Shown one piece after another: positions 24,539 to 33,875 of a DNA stretch of 60,667 nt. The stretch is from IMG/VR virus record IMGVR_UViG_3300023235_000002; one strand, written 5' to 3'. The notes under the pieces were generated by a model that was not told the origin of the DNA, made no database searches, and saw only the letters and a list, made by a program, of their open reading frames with translations. This DNA comes from a virus. How positions within the stretch are numbered: the first letter of the stretch is position 1; every line of letters starts with the position of its first letter. Position numbers and translations under genes: made by a program.

Positions 24539-25749
24539 TAACTTTCTTCTCCAAATACAAGTAAATGACCATTACCACCTACAAGTCCTGGAACAATTTG
24601 TAGTCTACCATCAGCGGCATGACTTGAAAATGTATTTCCTACAAATCCTCCATTAAAACCTAAGGGTAAAGTATTTAGAGGTGCTGGACCAGATGAATTT
24701 CCTGGATTCCCACTACTACCAGTGCTATTCGGACTTGCTGCTCCGCCACCGTTGCCTCCGTTTACTGTTGCAAAGTTTGCAATAGAGGTTGCTCCGCCAG
24801 CTCCACCAGATCCTCCTGGAAAATTACCTAAATTACCACCAGCACCAATTGAATAAGGTTGAGAGAATGGAGCCGCAACTGATCCTGTAGCAAGCACTGT
24901 TAGACCTTCTCCTCCGCCGCCGCCTGTGTTACTAGGACCACCTCCGCCACTTCCTCCGCCACCTGAAGACATGATAGCTGTAAGACTATCTGTTCCAGCG
25001 GGTGGAGTAAATGTCCCTGAAGCAGGTCCATCTCCGATTAGTAAAGCAGCTACTCCAGCTCCTCCTGCTGCACCTGAAGATGCAGATGTAATTCTTCCTT
25101 GAGCATCTACAGTCAAAGCAGTAGCTGTGTAGTCACCTGCAGTTACTGCAGTGTTTGCTAATTTATCAGCGGTGACTGCATCGTCTGCAATTTTAGCTGT
25201 CGTGATTTGTAAATCAGAAACTTTCGCTGTCGTAATTTGATTGTCTGAAATTTTAGCTGTTGTAATTTGATTGTCTGAAATTTTAGCTGTTGTAATTGCG
25301 TTGTCTGCAATTTGTGCTGTTGCAATAGTTCCACCTAAAGTGTTTAATGCAATTTCATTTAAATTAGTTCCATCAGAATAAGCTGCTACAATAGCCGCTT
25401 CTCCTGCTGTAAAACCTGTACCAGAAACTGTTTTAATAGTTAAGTTAGTAACTCCTACTACAGCACTTAAATCAATAATATAAAATTTTTCTAAAGCGTC
25501 TGGGATAGTTACTGTAGAAGCTGATGTAAGAGTTCCAGTGAACTTTAAAATCATATTTCTTGCGTTGGATACGGCTCCATCCGTCAATGCAAGAGTAACT
25601 GTTCCTCCATCGCTTAAAGCAATTGATTCGTAACCAGCGGCTACTTGATTAATTAAATTTAAATTTGTATTTGTTTTATCTCCCCATGTACCAGCGTTTT
25701 CGCCAGTGACCATAAGCTCTAAACCGAGATCTGAATAACTTGATGCCAT
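24538..25749 (-). CDS. Tail fibre protein with 10-aa tandem repeats and a Gly/Pro/Ser-rich C-terminal half
   Basis: TAKISDNQIT x3-5 repeats. GGGGSGGGGPSNTGGGGGEG, GGSGGAGG, GSSGNPGNSSGPAP. Confidence 0.65.
   Translation of the reverse strand: MASSYSDLGLELMVTGENAGTWGDKTNTNLNLINQVAAGYESIALSDGGTVTLALTDGAVSNARNMILKFTGTLTSASTVTIPDALEKFYIIDLSAVVGVTNLTIKTVSGTGFTAGEAAIVAAYSDGTNLNEIALNTLGGTIATAQIADNAITTAKISDNQITTAKISDNQITTAKVSDLQITTAKIADDAVTADKLANTAVTAGDYTATALTVDAQGRITSASSGAAGGAGVAALLIGDGPASGTFTPPAGTDSLTAIMSSGGGGSGGGGPSNTGGGGGEGLTVLATGSVAAPFSQPYSIGAGGNLGNFPGGSGGAGGATSIANFATVNGGNGGGAASPNSTGSSGNPGNSSGPAPLNTLPLGFNGGFVGNTFSSHAADGRLQIVPGLVGGNGHLLVFGEES
25162..25320. repeat. Tandem 30-nt (10-codon) repeats, about 5 units, inside the fibre gene
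   Basis: Units start at 25162, 25192, 25222, 25252 and 25282. The 25222 and 25252 units are nearly identical. Confidence 0.85.
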
Positions 25750-25791
25750 AAAATTTTATGCTCCTGTTTTTATATTAATATTTTACTATAG

Positions 25792-26757
25792 TTAAGCTGC
25801 AAGATCAACTGGCGACCAGGTTACTTCTGTCCCTACGTCTACTTCAGCCCATGCGATTACATTAACCCCCCCTGTAGAAGCTGTCAATCCTACGCCTGTA
25901 GGAACCACAGTGGATCCTCCTATAACTACTACATTTCCAGGGGTTGAAAAAGTAGCGGAAATTCCAGATACATCGTATCCAGAAACTGGAACACTATCTC
26001 CAATAGCAAAAGTAGACTCTATGCCAGTAAGTGAAACGTTTGCATCTCCTGTTATCTCTTCTGAATTACCTAAAGTCATTTGAAGAGAAGTTCCTGTTAC
26101 AGGGACGTCTGTTTTTAACCCTGCTTCAGCGGCACCTATAGTAGTAGATAGCGCTATTCCTGTTAATTCAACTAACCCTGAACCTACGATAGAGACATCC
26201 TCTAAAGTAGTTTGAATTAAGAAGCTGTGTGCAATTTCGTTATCAGAAGTACCTGAGGTTCCTACGGGAGTAATGTCTGCAGATAATTCAATTCCTGATA
26301 CTGCTACCACCACATCGGTAAAGGCATCTTCATTACCTATAACTACTGATAAGGATATACCTTGTAGTTGAACAGAATAATTATCTCCCCATGCAAAACT
26401 TCCCCAAGTTTCTCTACCCCATCCTGCACCGATTAAATATTGATCATCGATAGTAACTCCAGTGATATTTGTAGACACAGGACTACCTGTTACAGGGACA
26501 CCAATTCCAATACCCTCATTACCTGTAACAATGTTAAACCCAATACCTGTTACAGATACATCAGCAGAAGCTCCTGCTACTACTCCTTGAAGAGTGAATG
26601 TTGCGGATAAAGTGGTAGGTTCAACATCTGCATTTGCTTCAGTGGTTACTGAAGATATAGATGTTTGTGCGACAATGGATGAGGCAACTACGGTTTCACC
26701 AGATAGGTCTCCCCATTCCGATGCCCCCCAAGTTTTATTGCCCCATCCAGTTGCCAT
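25792..26757 (-). CDS. Fibre-like / tail appendage protein with an internal duplication
   Basis: GWGNKTWGASEWGD at the N-terminus and GWGRETWGSFAWGD around aa 112. Repetitive V/T/G/S-rich sequence. Confidence 0.5.
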   Translation of the reverse strand: MATGWGNKTWGASEWGDLSGETVVASSIVAQTSISSVTTEANADVEPTTLSATFTLQGVVAGASADVSVTGIGFNIVTGNEGIGIGVPVTGSPVSTNITGVTIDDQYLIGAGWGRETWGSFAWGDNYSVQLQGISLSVVIGNEDAFTDVVVAVSGIELSADITPVGTSGTSDNEIAHSFLIQTTLEDVSIVGSGLVELTGIALSTTIGAAEAGLKTDVPVTGTSLQMTLGNSEEITGDANVSLTGIESTFAIGDSVPVSGYDVSGISATFSTPGNVVVIGGSTVVPTGVGLTASTGGVNVIAWAEVDVGTEVTWSPVDLAA

Positions 26758-26776
26758 TATTCATGTTATTTCTCTA

Positions 26777-27220
26777 TTACGCTATTCTTATAATCGCTTG
26801 CGTATCGTTTGCGTTCGGGAACTGAATCGTAAATGTTCCAGCTGTTGCAGTTTTATCTCCGCCAAAATCTAGAACACATACAGACGGATCGCCTGCTTCA
26901 GTGTCATTATAAATTAAAGCTCCTCTTGCTGTTAAAGTAACTCCCGTAAAAGATAGATCATCAAAATCAACGAAAGCAGTTGCTCCGTTTACAGATACTA
27001 AAGCAGTAACTAATGCTCCGCCACCTGCTGCGTATTCACCAGAGTCTGGAACTTGTCCTCCGATACCTACTACATAAGAAGTAGTATCTGCTCCGATAGT
27101 TGCAGCACTTGTGTATAGTGCTAATTTAAAAGTATCTCCGCCTGCTGCTACGAAAGTTTGTGATCCTTGTAACAAATCTTCTTTAAAAGAATTTGTGATT
27201 GCGTTTGTTGTTATTGCCAT
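26777..27220 (-). CDS. Virion-module hypothetical protein
   Basis: 147-aa Ala/Gly/Thr-rich ORF between connector-type and fibre genes. Confidence 0.5.
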   Translation of the reverse strand: MAITTNAITNSFKEDLLQGSQTFVAAGGDTFKLALYTSAATIGADTTSYVVGIGGQVPDSGEYAAGGGALVTALVSVNGATAFVDFDDLSFTGVTLTARGALIYNDTEAGDPSVCVLDFGGDKTATAGTFTIQFPNANDTQAIIRIA

Positions 27221-27241
27221 ATTTTTTCTCCTTGTTTAATT

Positions 27242-27901
27242 TTATGGTGATGGAGAGGACACTTTAACTCGTGGCACTCCATCGGTATATTCGTCTCTTC
27301 TTCGTCTGCCCATTTGTTGTAGAGCAAATTGTTGCACCTGTTCATTATACTTGTCAGAATACAGTTTGTACATATCAGCGGGTCCTTTTAAATAAGCAAA
27401 AGACTCAACTAAAACTCCGTACAATAGTAATGATTGCTGGTAGGTAGATAAGTAAGTAGTGTTAGAACTCGTAAAATGAGGGGGATATTTAATATAATTA
27501 ATTTGAACTTGTCCAGCTGCTGCCGTGGCATCTGGTGTTGGGGCTACTAAAAAATTATTTTCATCCCAATTTGCATAATATAAAGGAGAGCCTGTAGCTC
27601 CATCATTATTATATTCAGAGATAAAACTAGTGTCTCTTTTTTCTAAAAAAGTTCTAGTATTTGATATAATAGTCTGTACGGATCTTAAAACAAGTATATC
27701 AGAAGGTAAAGATATATATCTTTGACCAGATATAAAACTAGCAATTGAGTATTTTCTTAAATCATCATAATCTACTTTTCCTGCAACGTCTAATTCAACA
27801 TTAGTAATAAATTGATCTAGTAAAGTATCCGTTAATACATTAGAATCTACTTCTGTATAACTTCTTATTTGAGCTAAAAAATCTGTGTAACTAATTGCCA
27901 T
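27242..27901 (-). CDS. Virion-module protein (possible head-tail connector component)
   Basis: 219 aa. Call rests on position and translational coupling only. Confidence 0.4.
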   Translation of the reverse strand: MAISYTDFLAQIRSYTEVDSNVLTDTLLDQFITNVELDVAGKVDYDDLRKYSIASFISGQRYISLPSDILVLRSVQTIISNTRTFLEKRDTSFISEYNNDGATGSPLYYANWDENNFLVAPTPDATAAAGQVQINYIKYPPHFTSSNTTYLSTYQQSLLLYGVLVESFAYLKGPADMYKLYSDKYNEQVQQFALQQMGRRRRDEYTDGVPRVKVSSPSP

Positions 27902-28263
27902 TATGATATCCCTATAGTTACTTGCCCTACTTGAGGCAATAATTGTCTATTTCTGTTTTCTTGTGCTCCGTTGTCAGGTTGCATTCCATTAGAACTAAAA
28001 GAAAATACTCCAGGTAAAGTTAAATCTACTGTAGTAAAACGAGCTCCTCCAGAATTAAAAGTAAAATCTTGAGGTCTTGAATTCTGTATAGCTATTCTAT
28101 CAGCGGAAATAGTTTTTCTTCTTATCTGAGGTTGTTTTGACTCATATTCTGAAATGTGAACTAAAGAACCATTCCATTCCCTAACCATTTCATTATAAGG
28201 AAAGGCTAATCCAGATCTATCCGATATGGATTTAGAAAACCTACCTGTAGCCCATCCTGCCAT
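27901..28263 (-). CDS. Virion-module hypothetical protein
   Basis: 120 aa. 1-nt overlaps on both sides. Confidence 0.5.
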   Translation of the reverse strand: MAGWATGRFSKSISDRSGLAFPYNEMVREWNGSLVHISEYESKQPQIRRKTISADRIAIQNSRPQDFTFNSGGARFTTVDLTLPGVFSFSSNGMQPDNGAQENRNRQLLPQVGQVTIGIS

Positions 28264-28958
28264 TATACGCCATCTCCAAAATAACTTTGAGGAGAAATAT
28301 ATAAAGAAGTTCTTCCTCCATCTTGATCTAAAGCTCTTAATAATTCGTCTTCATAAACTTGTTTTAGAATTGCTATTTTGTTAGGATCATAATTAAAAGA
28401 CAGATAGTATGCCAAGCCAGAAATCATTGCTGGAATAAATCTAAATACAACATCTGCTGTATTGGTGTAGGATCCAACATCCTCAATTCTATTAATAGAA
28501 TAATATTTTAAATAAGTGTAAGTAATAGTATCTGGAGCTTGGTATAAATAAATAGCAGGAACAGTTAATCTATCCACATAATACATAGAAGGTTGTCCAG
28601 TGCTTAATTTATTAGGTAAAGCTGCGTAAGCAGATCTGTCTATTTTAGTGATAGATACGTCTTGAGTATTAATGTTATCGCCTCCTCCTCCAGTAGTAGA
28701 AACATAGGCTTCTAAAACATCACTAACATCTGTAGGTGTGGTATAACTAGCTTGACCAGAGACAAGAGCAATTTCATTAAGAGCAACTTTCCACATATGC
28801 ACTCCTCTATTACCCCAGTCTGAAAAAAGTATATTCAAGTTTCTTCTAGCACGTTTCATGTCATTACCAGAATTAGGTCTTATACCATTTCTATTGAAAG
28901 CTTCATCAATAATGTCATCTATGCTTAAATTAAAAGAAGTAGTTCCAGAAGTAGCCAT
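28263..28958 (-). CDS. Tail tubular protein A / gatekeeper (T7 gp11-like)
   Basis: N-terminal SIDDIIDEAFNRNGIRP...ARRNLNILFSDWGNRGVHMW parallels T7 gp11 AVNDILASIGEPP...ARRILNKINRQIQSRGWTF. Confidence 0.5.
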   Translation of the reverse strand: MATSGTTSFNLSIDDIIDEAFNRNGIRPNSGNDMKRARRNLNILFSDWGNRGVHMWKVALNEIALVSGQASYTTPTDVSDVLEAYVSTTGGGGDNINTQDVSITKIDRSAYAALPNKLSTGQPSMYYVDRLTVPAIYLYQAPDTITYTYLKYYSINRIEDVGSYTNTADVVFRFIPAMISGLAYYLSFNYDPNKIAILKQVYEDELLRALDQDGGRTSLYISPQSYFGDGV

Positions 28959-29056
28959 TATTTTTTAAATTCTTTCTTACAGGCGCATTCATGCGAACAC
29001 GAACACGGGACAATGCATAAAATTTTACAGATAAGCTTTTTTATATACTTAATCAT

Positions 29057-29257
29057 TTATATCTCCTCTATAGTGGCCACTTTAAGAGTGTTTAGTTTCT
29101 CTTCTTTGCGGTTGTACAACTTTTTAGATTGTACCACTTGAGGTCGGTAAGTTCTAGACCTTACTTTTTTTGCTACTGGGTTTGATTTGTTCTTTATAAA
29201 TGGTTCCATGCGTCTTTTTAATAACTTTTTTATATTCTTTTGAATCTTTAGAACCAA
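29057..29257 (-). CDS. Small basic protein
   Basis: 66-aa Lys/Arg-rich ORF. Confidence 0.45.
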   Translation of the reverse strand: MVLKIQKNIKKLLKRRMEPFIKNKSNPVAKKVRSRTYRPQVVQSKKLYNRKEEKLNTLKVATIEEI

Positions 29258-29296
29258 GCCCTGGTTCTAATTGTCTAGATATCTGTCCTCTTGATA

Positions 29297-29752
29297 TTAC
29301 CATGGTTTGTATATTACCTTATCTTCTTCTCTGGAAGCTTTTAACACACTGTTTCTATTTTTTTCTCCATTCCAAGAAACGTGTATCCACCCTGAGTTAG
29401 GCTCATCTTTTTTATAAAACTCAAGTATTAATTGATCAAATTCTAGATTATCTCTAATCCATTGAGCTAGTTCTTTATTATCTACACTGGTTATTTCTAG
29501 GTCAGCCGCTTTTCCTTCGGCATGTTGACTGCTTATTTTAGATCCAATGGCAATACACAATTCTTGAGATCGATATCCTGATGAAATTAATACTGGAGAA
29601 TCAAATTGAGAGCGTATGGGCTGTAGTATATTCACGCACAATGCCTTTAAATTATCTATATGAGATGGAGACGGATTGTTAGGTATTCCTTTTCTCTCCG
29701 CTACTTGAGACTTAACAAGTTCACTTAATTGAAAATTAGCAGAAAGTTTCAT
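29297..29752 (-). CDS. Endolysin, peptidase M15 family (VanY / L-Ala-D-Glu peptidase-like)
   Basis: FQLSEL...ISSGYRSQELCIAIGSKISSQHAEGKAADLE (SxHxxGxAxD signature). Confidence 0.75.
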   Translation of the reverse strand: MKLSANFQLSELVKSQVAERKGIPNNPSPSHIDNLKALCVNILQPIRSQFDSPVLISSGYRSQELCIAIGSKISSQHAEGKAADLEITSVDNKELAQWIRDNLEFDQLILEFYKKDEPNSGWIHVSWNGEKNRNSVLKASREEDKVIYKPW

Positions 29753-30393
29753 TATTTTTTTTCTTTAATTTCATAGAACATATCATCGCTGTCGTCTGTT
29801 TTCCAGTCTTTGTTTTCTACGTTCCACGTGGTAGTTTGGACTTTATAGTCTGGCTTAGCGTCACTAGTAGTAAAACTAGGAATGTTCCACAGAATACGAT
29901 TATTAGGCTGAGCTGCATAATTACCGTTATCAAGAGCCAATATATGTGCACACTTATGTTCATGAGAAATTTCAGAATGGTCCGTATCCAACACATTAGG
30001 TTCTGGGTGAGCCCAATCAATAGTAAATAAATATTCTCCGTGATACATTTTTTTATCTTTGCCAAAAAATTTACCACGTTGTCCATCTAAAAAAGAATAA
30101 TTAGTAACAGCAGGATGATAACTAAAACAGTTCCACAACTGTAACTCGTCAACTTGCATATCGGGCACTTTGGTTCTTTGAAGATGTTTTTGAAAAAAAG
30201 CTGAGATAGGCAATCGATAGTAGACCGCACCATTCGGTAGTAAGGCGTGAAACAAGATGGCTCGGGTGGTGATTGATGCAAACCCGAAGACCACACACTC
30301 CTCACTTTCTCCATGATGACTTTTAAGATCATAAAGATACTCTTTCCTAACGGAACAATACAGTGGTGGTATATTTGAATTAAGATATGCCAT
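29752..30393 (-). CDS. Hypothetical protein
   Basis: 213-aa ORF with ordinary protein-like composition. Preferred over two alternative-frame ORFs in the same span. Confidence 0.6.
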   Translation of the reverse strand: MAYLNSNIPPLYCSVRKEYLYDLKSHHGESEECVVFGFASITTRAILFHALLPNGAVYYRLPISAFFQKHLQRTKVPDMQVDELQLWNCFSYHPAVTNYSFLDGQRGKFFGKDKKMYHGEYLFTIDWAHPEPNVLDTDHSEISHEHKCAHILALDNGNYAAQPNNRILWNIPSFTTSDAKPDYKVQTTTWNVENKDWKTDDSDDMFYEIKEKK

Positions 30394-30422
30394 AATTTCA
30401 TAGAGTGTATTAACTTACCACA

Positions 30423-30635
30423 TTAAGTACTAGATGTGAATAAACAATTAAATTTAAAAAATATTTTTTCTTGATTAACTAAAGATTCTTCTAAAATATT
30501 AATAGCTTCAATAGATAATTCATAACCAGCTAAAGCACACTCTTTATGAGTATTATATAATTCAGGGCTTTGTACCCTTTCACCACAAGCACCATAAACA
30601 ACGGAGCAGGCATAAATAACTAACATAAATTTCAT
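30423..30635 (-). CDS. Secreted/lipoprotein-like small protein (o-spanin candidate)
   Basis: Signal-like N-terminus MKFMLVIYACSVVYGAC. 4-nt overlap with the upstream TM/coiled-coil ORF. Confidence 0.35.
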   Translation of the reverse strand: MKFMLVIYACSVVYGACGERVQSPELYNTHKECALAGYELSIEAINILEESLVNQEKIFFKFNCLFTSST

Positions 30636-30820
30636 CTATCTGCCAATCTATCCATATGAGAATATATACGACCTATTACCTTGTCCAGAGACATTAACTC
30701 TTGTTGCATCATAGCAACGATAGTCTGTAGTTCAATTAAAGTAATAAGCACCCACGTACTTAGGCTCATTAATATAGTGCCCAATAATCCAATTAGAATC
30801 GTGTTAGTTTTCCTGCTCAT
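30632..30820 (-). CDS. N-terminal TM plus coiled-coil protein (i-spanin candidate)
   Basis: ILIGLLGTILMSLSTWVLITLI followed by a helical segment. Confidence 0.35.
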   Translation of the reverse strand: MSRKTNTILIGLLGTILMSLSTWVLITLIELQTIVAMMQQELMSLDKVIGRIYSHMDRLADR

Positions 30821-30924
30821 TATTTTTTTTCCTTTTTTTTATTACAAACGTACAACTCTTTCCAAATTTTGTTCTCCATTCTACCAAAAAAAGTCAAAAG
30901 TTTTCTTAAAACCCAGTTTTTCAT
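30820..30924 (-). CDS. Unannotated micro-ORF (34 aa, MKNWVLRKLLTFFGRMENKIWKELYVCNKKKEKK)
   Basis: Manual translation. GGGAGGG Shine-Dalgarno-like sequence 7 nt upstream. TAATG overlap with the next gene. Confidence 0.5.
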   Translation of the reverse strand: MKNWVLRKLLTFFGRMENKIWKELYVCNKKKEKK

Positions 30925-31003
30925 AATAACCCTCCCTATAAAATATAAGGTAAGTTTAACTCTGTTTTTTGGCTTTATCTACTGGAAGGTAATAATAATT
31001 AAA

Positions 31004-31486
31004 CTAACATTTCCAACGTTTACGAGCTTGTCTTAATCTTGAGTTGGGGTCTTTTGCTGCTTTGGGAAATTGTTTCATTTGTCCTGCTGATCTTGCACAA
31101 TAGGACTTTCGTCTTTTTGAAGCTTTACTTCCCTTTTTAACCTTACCTGTAACTGCTGTTTTTAATTTAGATCCAGGATTTTTTCTTCTATAAGACATAA
31201 CACCTGCTTGGGTCATACCTGCACCAGATTTAGTAGATCTAAAATTTTTTTTATTTCTAGAAGGCATCCCTCCTTCTTTTAAAGAAGTGGTCTTCTTTTC
31301 TTTTTTTATTTCTTTATAAACTGGTATGTTTACTTTTTTTTTAGAAACAGGAACACCTTGTTGAAATTGCCTAGCCTGAATAGATAAAGGACTGTTTTGA
31401 AGCATAGGACCAGCTAAAGCCATTACCCCAGTAGCAGCTTTTAAGACAGCTTTACCTATGCCTCTTTTTTGACAACCGTATTTCAT
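31004..31486 (-). CDS. Highly basic protein (Lys/Arg-rich; possible DNA-associated virion protein)
   Basis: 160 aa. C-terminal ...KRRKSYCARSAGQMK...SRLRQARKRWKC. Confidence 0.5.
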   Translation of the reverse strand: MKYGCQKRGIGKAVLKAATGVMALAGPMLQNSPLSIQARQFQQGVPVSKKKVNIPVYKEIKKEKKTTSLKEGGMPSRNKKNFRSTKSGAGMTQAGVMSYRRKNPGSKLKTAVTGKVKKGSKASKRRKSYCARSAGQMKQFPKAAKDPNSRLRQARKRWKC

Positions 31487-31488
31487 AC

Positions 31489-31815
31489 TTACCCGTTAGT
31501 AGAAGTAAGATTAGGTCCTGAAAATTTGTCTGTTAATAATGTGTAAGCTTCAATATTTGTTTTTGTTTTAACAAAAATTCCTTTTGGAAATAAGATACCA
31601 TCATCTGGAAAAGAAAAATTAATTACATCGCCACTAGGACAGTCTGCAATAAATAAAGTATCTCCAGTATTTGAAGTAGTAGTTAATTCTAAAAGACCAG
31701 CTCCAACACCATCGTTAGCAACAATAATTCCTTTTAGCCTTATTGGCTGTGCAATTACAGCTGTTCCTGTGTTACCTGCCGTAGATCTCGTTGCTTGTAT
31801 ATCGCCTTTAAACAT
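31489..31815 (-). CDS. Hypothetical head-module protein
   Basis: 108-aa ORF preceded by AAGGAG. Confidence 0.55.
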   Translation of the reverse strand: MFKGDIQATRSTAGNTGTAVIAQPIRLKGIIVANDGVGAGLLELTTTSNTGDTLFIADCPSGDVINFSFPDDGILFPKGIFVKTKTNIEAYTLLTDKFSGPNLTSTNG

Positions 31816-31830
31816 AAGTCTCCTTTAGTT

Positions 31831-31850
31831 GTGGCTCCCGAAGGAGCCAC
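31831..31850 (-). other. GC-rich stem-loop GTGGCTCC-UUCG-GGAGCCAC (RNA stability or processing element, or a weak terminator)
   Basis: Perfect 8-bp stem with a UUCG tetraloop on the minus-strand RNA. No U-tract follows. Confidence 0.5.
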
Positions 31851-31863
31851 TAATTTATTATTA

Positions 31864-32142
31864 TTATGATGCTGATATGTTAGCTAATGTGTCTAATCTT
31901 TTCCAGTTTGTACCATCTGAAAAAGCGTATACTGCAGCACCTGCTGCACCATTATCAACATAGATTAAAACAGCGGTGTTACCAACTGCTTCTAATGAAC
32001 TAGTTCCATCTGAAACAGTGTTTGCATCAACAACTGTCCAAGTGTTAGTTCCACCTTGTTGAGTGTCGCCTGCATTAGGGTTAGGTCCACCAATAAAACC
32101 ATTTAGTGAAGTTACTGGACCTGTAAAAGTCGTGTTTGCCAT
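31864..32142 (-). CDS. Hypothetical head-module protein
   Basis: 92-aa ORF between two hairpins, downstream of the capsid gene. Confidence 0.55.
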   Translation of the reverse strand: MANTTFTGPVTSLNGFIGGPNPNAGDTQQGGTNTWTVVDANTVSDGTSSLEAVGNTAVLIYVDNGAAGAAVYAFSDGTNWKRLDTLANISAS

Positions 32143-32241
32143 TATTATATTCTCCTAGTTTATTTAATACAGTCTCTAGGTCGTCTGCTGAACTCAGTCT
32201 GTATCAAATATTAAATTTATGTTCAGTGAAAGTATTATACA

Positions 32242-32272
32242 TAAAAAAAGGGGCGATGTGAACACCGCCCCT
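32242..32272 (-). terminator. Rho-independent terminator downstream of the major capsid gene
   Basis: Minus strand reads AGGGGCG-loop-CGCCCCT followed by TTTTTTT. Confidence 0.7.
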
Positions 32273-32296
32273 AATTTGTTATCAATCTAACTTAGA

Positions 32297-33214
32297 TTAG
32301 CTAGTTGGTAAGTTTCCGTTACCAAAGATAGCTCTAGGATCAGACCAGCCGAAGCTGTATCTTTCTCTAGCTTTAAATCTAACGTTACCTGTATCGAAGT
32401 CACCTTCCATAGCAGTTTTGATTGGACTTCTAACAAAATGCTTCATTCCATTAGGAACATCCGTTAAAATAAAGAAAGAATCAGTATCTGTTAAGAAGTG
32501 ATTAATTCTGTATCCTTCAGGGACCATTCCCATAGAAGCTAAAGCATTGATGTCATTGTCAGCTGTTCCTGTTCTTAGAGGAGATTTCATCAATCTCTCA
32601 GCAGTAAATTGTAATTCTTTTGGAATTATCATTTTTCTGCCTGAAAGAGCAATTTTTAATCCTCTTTCATCTACAAAACCAGCGATATCAATCAATGATT
32701 GCTCTAGTGATGTTTCATTCAAGTCAGCTGCAGTTGCAAGAACGTTTGAGAAAGTACCACCTGTTGCTAATGGGTGAGCGTTTCCGATTAGGGATTCGCC
32801 GTCTCCACCTGTAACAGTAGTAATTTGCGCATTGTTCAAAACAGAAGCCGCTGTGACTTGTTTTGAGTGTGACATAGATCTTGCTAAAGCTTTTGTGTAT
32901 CTTCCTGCAAGTTTGTCATACAAGTTGTCTTCAATCGCTTCTTCAGTTATAGAGAAAGCAAGAGCAACAGTGTTGTGTGTGTATCTAGCAGTGAAAGTTT
33001 CATTTGCTTGATCGAACACAACGCCCGCACCTTCTTGTTTAACTGGAGCACCAGCGAAACCTGATAGCATAACTTCTTCTTCAAACGCTCTGTCTGAAGA
33101 TTCTGCCATGAAGATTTCTGTATGCTCATTGTCGTAACGATTGTATTCCAGGCCGAATAGTGCATTCAATCCTGGCTCTAGTTCTTTAACTAGCTGTGAT
33201 CGTGATATAGCCAT
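32297..33214 (-). CDS. Major capsid protein
   Basis: 305 aa. Sits after the scaffold and auxiliary genes and is followed by a strong terminator. The sequence style resembles phage major head proteins; family not confirmed. Confidence 0.6.
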   Translation of the reverse strand: MAISRSQLVKELEPGLNALFGLEYNRYDNEHTEIFMAESSDRAFEEEVMLSGFAGAPVKQEGAGVVFDQANETFTARYTHNTVALAFSITEEAIEDNLYDKLAGRYTKALARSMSHSKQVTAASVLNNAQITTVTGGDGESLIGNAHPLATGGTFSNVLATAADLNETSLEQSLIDIAGFVDERGLKIALSGRKMIIPKELQFTAERLMKSPLRTGTADNDINALASMGMVPEGYRINHFLTDTDSFFILTDVPNGMKHFVRSPIKTAMEGDFDTGNVRFKARERYSFGWSDPRAIFGNGNLPTS

Positions 33215-33229
33215 TATTTATTTCTCCTA

Positions 33230-33805
33230 TTATAAGCCTGTACCACTTCTATAGAAGTGATTGTTGATTCTAACAAGAATATTAGCGTTAGCAGAAGCAA
33301 CGTCTGAGTTTGCTGGATCTTGCGAAATATCAATTGCTTGCACAACAAATGTTCCGTTAGTTCCAGAAACGCTAACGTCAAGTTGCACTTCCGATATTCC
33401 TGTTTTTGTGTTTCCAGTACCAGTGGTTACTGAGTAGTTTTGAAACAGATCCGCTCTTGCGAAAGTCGCATCAGCATCCATCAAAAAAACTGCATCTGGG
33501 TCATCAACAACAAACGCTGTAATATCGTTTGTTGCGACTCCGCCAGGATAGTAGTTTTTCCAAGTCGGCTTTTGAGTTGTAGGATCTGAGTAAAATACTC
33601 CGTTGAATACACCTACTACAGCAGTACTAGTATTAGCAGTTGCTCTTTCAATGTTTCCCCCAGTTACAGGTACAACCAAGTCACCTTGGTAAATTGCTGT
33701 AGCATAATTGCTAGCAATCGTGTATCTGTTCTGAGCTCCAACCAATGGGGTACCGTCTAGTTTTCTGTACGGTCTTAAACCGAACTTTTCACTTACGTTT
33801 GCCAT
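33230..33805 (-). CDS. Virion structural protein, possible capsid auxiliary/decoration protein
   Basis: 191 aa immediately upstream of the capsid gene. Confidence 0.3.
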   Translation of the reverse strand: MANVSEKFGLRPYRKLDGTPLVGAQNRYTIASNYATAIYQGDLVVPVTGGNIERATANTSTAVVGVFNGVFYSDPTTQKPTWKNYYPGGVATNDITAFVVDDPDAVFLMDADATFARADLFQNYSVTTGTGNTKTGISEVQLDVSVSGTNGTFVVQAIDISQDPANSDVASANANILVRINNHFYRSGTGL

Positions 33806-33875
33806 TTTATTTTTACTCCTATTTTATTGTTAAGTTAAAGCCGACCTTACGTTGGTAGATATAGCCAAAAAAATT

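Noticed and set aside
24538-26757. Diversity-generating retroelement targeting the fibre genes
   Set aside because: I found no reverse transcriptase ORF (no YxDD-type motif seen in any ORF) and no template/variable repeat pair. The repeats present are in-frame tandem structural repeats
29817-30401. Two alternative-frame ORFs (29817..30086 and 30087..30401) overlapping 29752..30393
   Set aside because: They are Cys/Ile/Leu-rich with odd composition. The 213-aa frame has ordinary globular-protein composition and is stop/start-coupled to the endolysin gene
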